Shown here piece by piece: positions 58,409 through 64,000 of a stretch of 64,000 nucleotides of DNA; the first letter of the stretch is position 1, and the number at the start of each line of letters is the position of its first letter. The notes beneath the pieces were generated by a model. That model saw only the letters and a list, made by a program, of their open reading frames with translations. It had not been told where the DNA came from and made no database searches. The translations under genes and the position numbers were made by a program. Origin of the DNA: Thalia democratica (taxonomy: Eukaryota); the NCBI GenBank assembly GCA_965202585.1, contig OZ241828.1, positions 51,460,001-51,524,000 on the forward strand, given 5' to 3'.

Positions 58409-61400
58409 CACCGAAGGCTTGTGGTCTGATGATCGAGATGATGAAACCTTGTTAACTCGTTCAATTCTATTTATCACTAAAGTAAAAGTAGCTTTTAAGC
58501 TAAAGTAAAAAATCTGATAGAGAAAGTGTTATTAATTTTTATTATATAAAATTGTTTTTATAAAAACTTTTAAACTCTATATACAATGTTTTTAACTCTA
58601 GAAAATTCTTAAGTCTATATATGGTTTCTCAAAGAGGCTATATTGCCTCTTTTATAAGTTGTGACCAATAACTAGTAAGGGAAGCAAAGGGAATGCAGCT
58701 TTTATGAGTTTTTGGGCAGTTGTAGAATAGTTAATGAACTTAACTTACACTATACATTCTGAGGTTTGTAATGAAGAGTGAAAAAAGGTCACGCTGTTAC
58801 TAAAACTACAACTGATAACGCGAATGTTTTTATTTTCTTGACCGAAAAAACAAAACGCCTTCAGATCCCAGTCCCTTTTGTTATTAAATAAAAATTAACG
58901 TAAGTGTGTTTCCGTTGATTAAAAAATCCAAAAACTTTGACATTTTCTGAAATGAGTTTTTATAGACGTTAATTTAAATTTATCAAAGTATTTTTCTATA
59001 TGAAGTAGTAATGTTATCGGATTTTAAAAGTAAAAAACATATCATAAGAACAATTTGCTGTAAATAGAAGTACTCTTAAGTTATTAAAAATAAATAAATA
59101 AATAATGTAAAAACTTAACGATCTATTTTAGTATTGCTACCCACACTCAAATAAACAGTGGTTTAAAAAATTGTTTCTTACTAAAAAACAGTTTACTTGT
59201 CAAAAACGGAATCTTTTTTTATTAAAAATATTTATTATTTTATCAATTTTTATAGTAAATGCATATGTTTTGTTGTTAGAAACTTATTTTGCGCGAAAAA
59301 AGGCAAATCTAGGGATGGGCAGTGTATGGCCTGCTAATGCTTACTGATTTTAAGTAGATTACGGTCAGCAAAAGGAAAGGCTTCTCTCTGCAATCATGTA
59401 AATCTGATCGGGAAACCAAGTTTTGAAACTTAAACTAGATATAGTAGTTAAAAAAATTCACTTAGAATAAGTATTTTGTCGAAGTTAATTGGGTAATTTA
59501 GTAATTTTGGTGAATTATAACAAATCAAAATGCCCACAAAGGACTAAAAATTTTTCACATCTAACCTGCCGACTAAGATCTTTGCCCGCCTATAATGTAA
59601 ATTAAGAATGTAAGTTCTTATAAATGTTACATTACATGTATTACACTTGTTAGCTTTAACTTTTACATTATTATGTTTATGACTTACTATAAGTTTATTA
59701 CAAGAAACTTTAAAAAATTGATGTTTTCTAAACTTATTTAAAAAAAGCTTCAAGCTTTTTTATGACATTAAAACTAATACTCTTTTTGTTTCATTAAAAC
59801 TAAGTTGTTGAGATATAAAAATACTTTAGTTTGTTGTTGCCAAATCTAAACGTTTAACTTTTTTATACATACAACTGTCAAGTTTATCAAGTTATTAGTC
59901 ATATAAACTTTGGAGCTTAGATATTTTTATTTATAACAAATTTTGCGAAAATATCCTAAATTCATTTATTTTAGTTTTAAAACACCTGTTAGATGAGTTA
60001 CAAATAATCAATTGCTCTTGTAAAAATAACGTTATTACAATTTTTTCTAAAACTTTTTTTAAATTTAATACAAGTTTATAAACCATTGACAAAATAAAAA
60101 AGGCTGTTAAATTTTGCCTTGAAAACTTTTGTTCATTTAATCTAGCCAAGATTTTTATCTGCTGTGACATACGTTTTAACTTGATTAAACATCAAATTTG
60201 ACGAAAGCAAGTTGAAGGTTTCTACAATAAAAGTTTAGAAAAAAGACTCTTACTTACATATGTTATATTTAAATGTTTTATTAAAACTTTTGTCCGCAAA
60301 GGTTGGTCTTTCAATGTGTTCCTTATAAAAGGCTGCCAACATTAAGTCTATCTTGTTACTATAGAATATAGATGATAACTTTTAGACTTTTAGTAAATTA
60401 TGTTTATACGTTTTATGTATACATGTCCTGGACATGACGTAAAACTGGGCTTAATCACTTTTTTCACAATTTAGTCTTATTTTATTGAGTTGTAACTAAG
60501 CTATGAGTTGCTCTTTGCAGATTTTTAAAGCTCAAAATATTGTTAAGATAAAGCTGGTTGAAGTCGGAGACTACAATAGTACTAATCAAGACCCCCTAAT
60601 ACCTAAAATGACTTCTAAAGGGGATTTTCGTTACTTTAAAAAAATGTCAGGCTAAATTGGTCTCAGTCAGACTAAATGAAAAAAATTTCGCGCACGAACC
60701 CTGTCGATGACCGAAAGGTTTTTTCGTGCACCAGGTCCTTGGACCAAACTTTTTGAGCGTTTTTTGTCGTTCAATAAACAATATACATACTTTGATCGCT
60801 AACTCTAATCTATTTTTTACAAAAAAATTACTCGTTAAGTTTTAATTTTTATTTTTTAATTTTCAATTTTTAACAAATAGTAGTGTAAATTTAATTAAAA
60901 ACTATTCAAATTAAAATAAAGCAGTAAAAAAAACTTTAAATATTTATAATTAGTCTAAAATACTTTATTCAAACTTACAAACATCATATTAGACTACGGC
61001 TGGGTAACTTTTCTGGTGAGCGGGTCAGATTTACTAAATAAAGTCTTTTGCGGGCCGGACTTGTTAAGATGTCCTTACAAGCCACATAATTAGAAGAAAA
61101 TTGATATCATAAAATATTTTTATAATGTTTAAAAAAAAAACTTAATTAAAACTGTTTTTGAATAATCACTATAGTGAACTGAAAAACTAAGTTTCATAAT
61201 ATTTTTTATAAAAAGTCTCAGTTTTATTTGCTATACATTACTTTTTTTTTAATTTGTTCTGAATTTAAAGTTTTAGTTTTCCTTATATGTTTATGTTGTA
61301 AAATTTGTTAAATACAATATTAGTTTTTAAAACGTCTTTTAATGTATACCAACGAATAAAAATTATGTAACTTGTTGGATAATTAAAAACTCATTTTGAA

Positions 61401-62184
61401 GGATATAAATACATTTTTCTGAGTGGTTTTACATAGAGAACTGTATTGAGACATTTAAAAGTGTAAATCAATTATTGAAATCTAATTAAGCTTGCTTTAA
61501 AATCTGACTTTCTTCAAATCAAGTTAAGAATAAGAAAGATAATCTGAAAGATAATGGTTATAATTTAGAAAGATAATCTAGTCTATATAGTTGTTTTAGT
61601 ATTACAAAATTAAATGAAAGATGTCTAAATTACTGATTATACGTTATAAGGGATCGACATTTTTGTCTTTTTTCTTAAAGGTTTTTAAAAATAAATCATT
61701 TAAATGAATATAATTTTTTAAAGTTTATTATGAAATTTTTACTTAACGTATATTTAGTTTATACACTTTTTTAAACAGATTCATGTCACTTACAATTTTT
61801 GTTAAACTATAGTTATTGATTGTTCAGTTTACAAATAAAGTAAATACTTCAAAGTTAAAATTTTTAAGTATAATAAATTAATACTTTAGTAAATTAATGT
61901 TTAGTGCATAAAAAACTGTAATGCATATTTAAGATAATTTAAAGTATAATTTGAAAAGCTATCTAACAAGTAATTAATATTTAGTTTATATACAATTAGA
62001 CTATATAATATCTTTAATGTAAAAACTTTGTTTTTCCTTTTTTGCTGGAAAATAGTAAATAAGCATTAAAACTGTAAATATATGTAAATCATAATTAACT
62101 ATAAACAGTAAATTTCAGTTACTTATTTTCTTATTAAACTATAAGCTTAAAGTCAACACATTAAATTTTCAGTTTTTTAAATGG

Positions 62185-62471
62185 AAGCCTCATCGCTACC
62201 GTCCAGGAACATTTGCTCTTCGCGTGATCCGCAGACCCCAGAAGTCAACTGAGCTCTTTATCTACAAGCTGCCCTTTCAGCGCCTCGTTAGTGAAATCGC
62301 TCAGGACTTCAAGATGGATCTGCGTTTCCAGAGTGCTACGATCGGTGCACTTCAAGAAACTACTGAAGTTTACTGGTGAAGTCTTTACAAAGACACTAAT
62401 TCGTGTGGCATCCATGCAAAGAGAGTGACATTTACCAAAATGTATAAAGCATCTGAGGAGAAATAGCCTGA
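62185..62471 (+). pseudogene. H3.3: Histone H3.3-derived 5'-truncated pseudogene, copy B
   Basis: No difference from 42589-42875 found by eye (offset 19596). Confidence 0.92.
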
Positions 62472-64000
62472 TCCGTATAAATTGGATTACTGACTGCTGG
62501 TAGACTCTTACCTGCTGACTGCTTGGGAAGTCTTTTAGACTGATACGTATTTAAAGAATTGTTACTAATATTTTTAAAAGTGAAATTAGTTTATTGTAAA
62601 TCGTTTCAAATTTTTTTTTTCTTAGAATATTTTTACAGTTGCTTGTTTAAATTCATCTTTTAGTTCATATGTTTATATTTTTTTAGTAAGTTGTTTTTTT
62701 GGTCATTTCAAATAGAAATTTGCAACAAAATATTTTGCTAGTTTCATATTAATCCTAAATAAAAATTTCAAATAATAGACAAATTTTCTAAATTATCTAA
62801 ATATATCTTTTATTATTTAATTGACCTGATAAAAATTGTTCATTGCAGTCGATATTGTTACATTAGACAATACTTTGTTAATAAAATTTAGTATATGAAA
62901 AACTAAGTATAAACTTATTGTAGCAATATTTAAGTAAGACCAAATAGTTTTTATTATATAAGTTCGAACTATATTTAAATTACCTTTTTAAGATCTTAAA
63001 TTTATAACTTACTAACGAACAATAAACGCAATAATAGTTATCATTTAATCTAACAAAAAAGTATTAATTTCTTATGTAATAAAATATATATCATTTAAAT
63101 AACTCGTGTTGCAAGCAAACTGGAAATTCCGAATTCATAAGGTTCTGAAATATATAAAACACAAAAAACGTCAAACTTCTTGTAAAAGTTGTTCACATAT
63201 AACAAATGAGAAAGATTGCATTTTCTTAAAAGTACTAGTCAACTACTAAATTCTATTTTACTTAGAATGCAAATTTGTAAAATATTGTTGTTATCTGTTA
63301 ATTATAGGTATGAATATGTTCTAATTTTTGTACTTTAAAATGTTTATAATTACTACGAAATCGAGTTAAATAGATAATAAGGTATTATTTGAGATTATTA
63401 GAAGAAAACTAAAAAATAATTTATGTAACAACAACAGACTTTTTTCTTCACAAAGTCAATTTGTTTATCAATATTTAACTTTTGCAGCAACCCAATTAAA
63501 GTTATTAGTTGATTTATCTTGAGCTTTCAATTTGTTTAGTTTTGTGTGATGCGAACAATATTATGTTTAATTAAAATAATTTTATAGATATCTTTCAACA
63601 TCTTTTACCAAAAATTTTCTATTAAGCTGAAACTAAACTATCAAAATAGATAAACTTCTATAACTGCAGTTAAATGTTATTTCAGTGTATTTATAAATAC
63701 TTCAAATTAAACTGATAAAAAGTATTTCGCTTAAAACTGATACTTCATTGATTAACATCATTTTAGAGCAAAAGTATTAAAAAAGTAGAACATATATTAG
63801 AGGCGTCACGCTAAAGTTCCTTAAAGTAAATTTTTGAACAAAATGTTTTTAGTTTTACTTAAAAAAAAACTAAGCGCAATTGTGTATCTTGTTTTATAGT
63901 TAATGGTCAATAAGGCTTCAATACTTAAAATAATTTACAACAAAAATGTAGAAAGTAGACCAATAGCTTTGTATTTTAATTTAAAAAGCAAGGATTTATG

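Overview
AT-rich metazoan genomic DNA with spliceosomal introns; the species cannot be determined from the sequence. Bases 809-30718 (+) hold a complete pecanex gene, reconstructed by hand as 45 phase-compatible exons (1908 aa). From about 25719 the window is a direct tandem segmental duplication with a unit of about 19.7 kb (copy A ~25719-45412, copy B ~45413 to beyond the window end). Each unit carries the 3' exons of pecanex, a 5-exon minus-strand gene for an unrecognised hydrophobic protein with a very acidic tail of (TSAEENEE)n and (ESDC)n repeats, a ~1.3 kb hAT-type element, a minimal hammerhead ribozyme and a 5'-truncated histone H3.3 pseudogene. The copies differ in fate. In copy B, pecanex exon 37 is destroyed, but exons 38-45 are intact, differ from copy A almost only at synonymous sites, and have a copy-specific upstream in-frame ATG. 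In copy A, the acidic gene is frameshifted near its 3' end. Pecanex intron 37 of copy A carries two antisense Penelope-like fragments, each ending in a hammerhead ribozyme, inserted into a (TA)n tract. All alignments and counts were done by eye.
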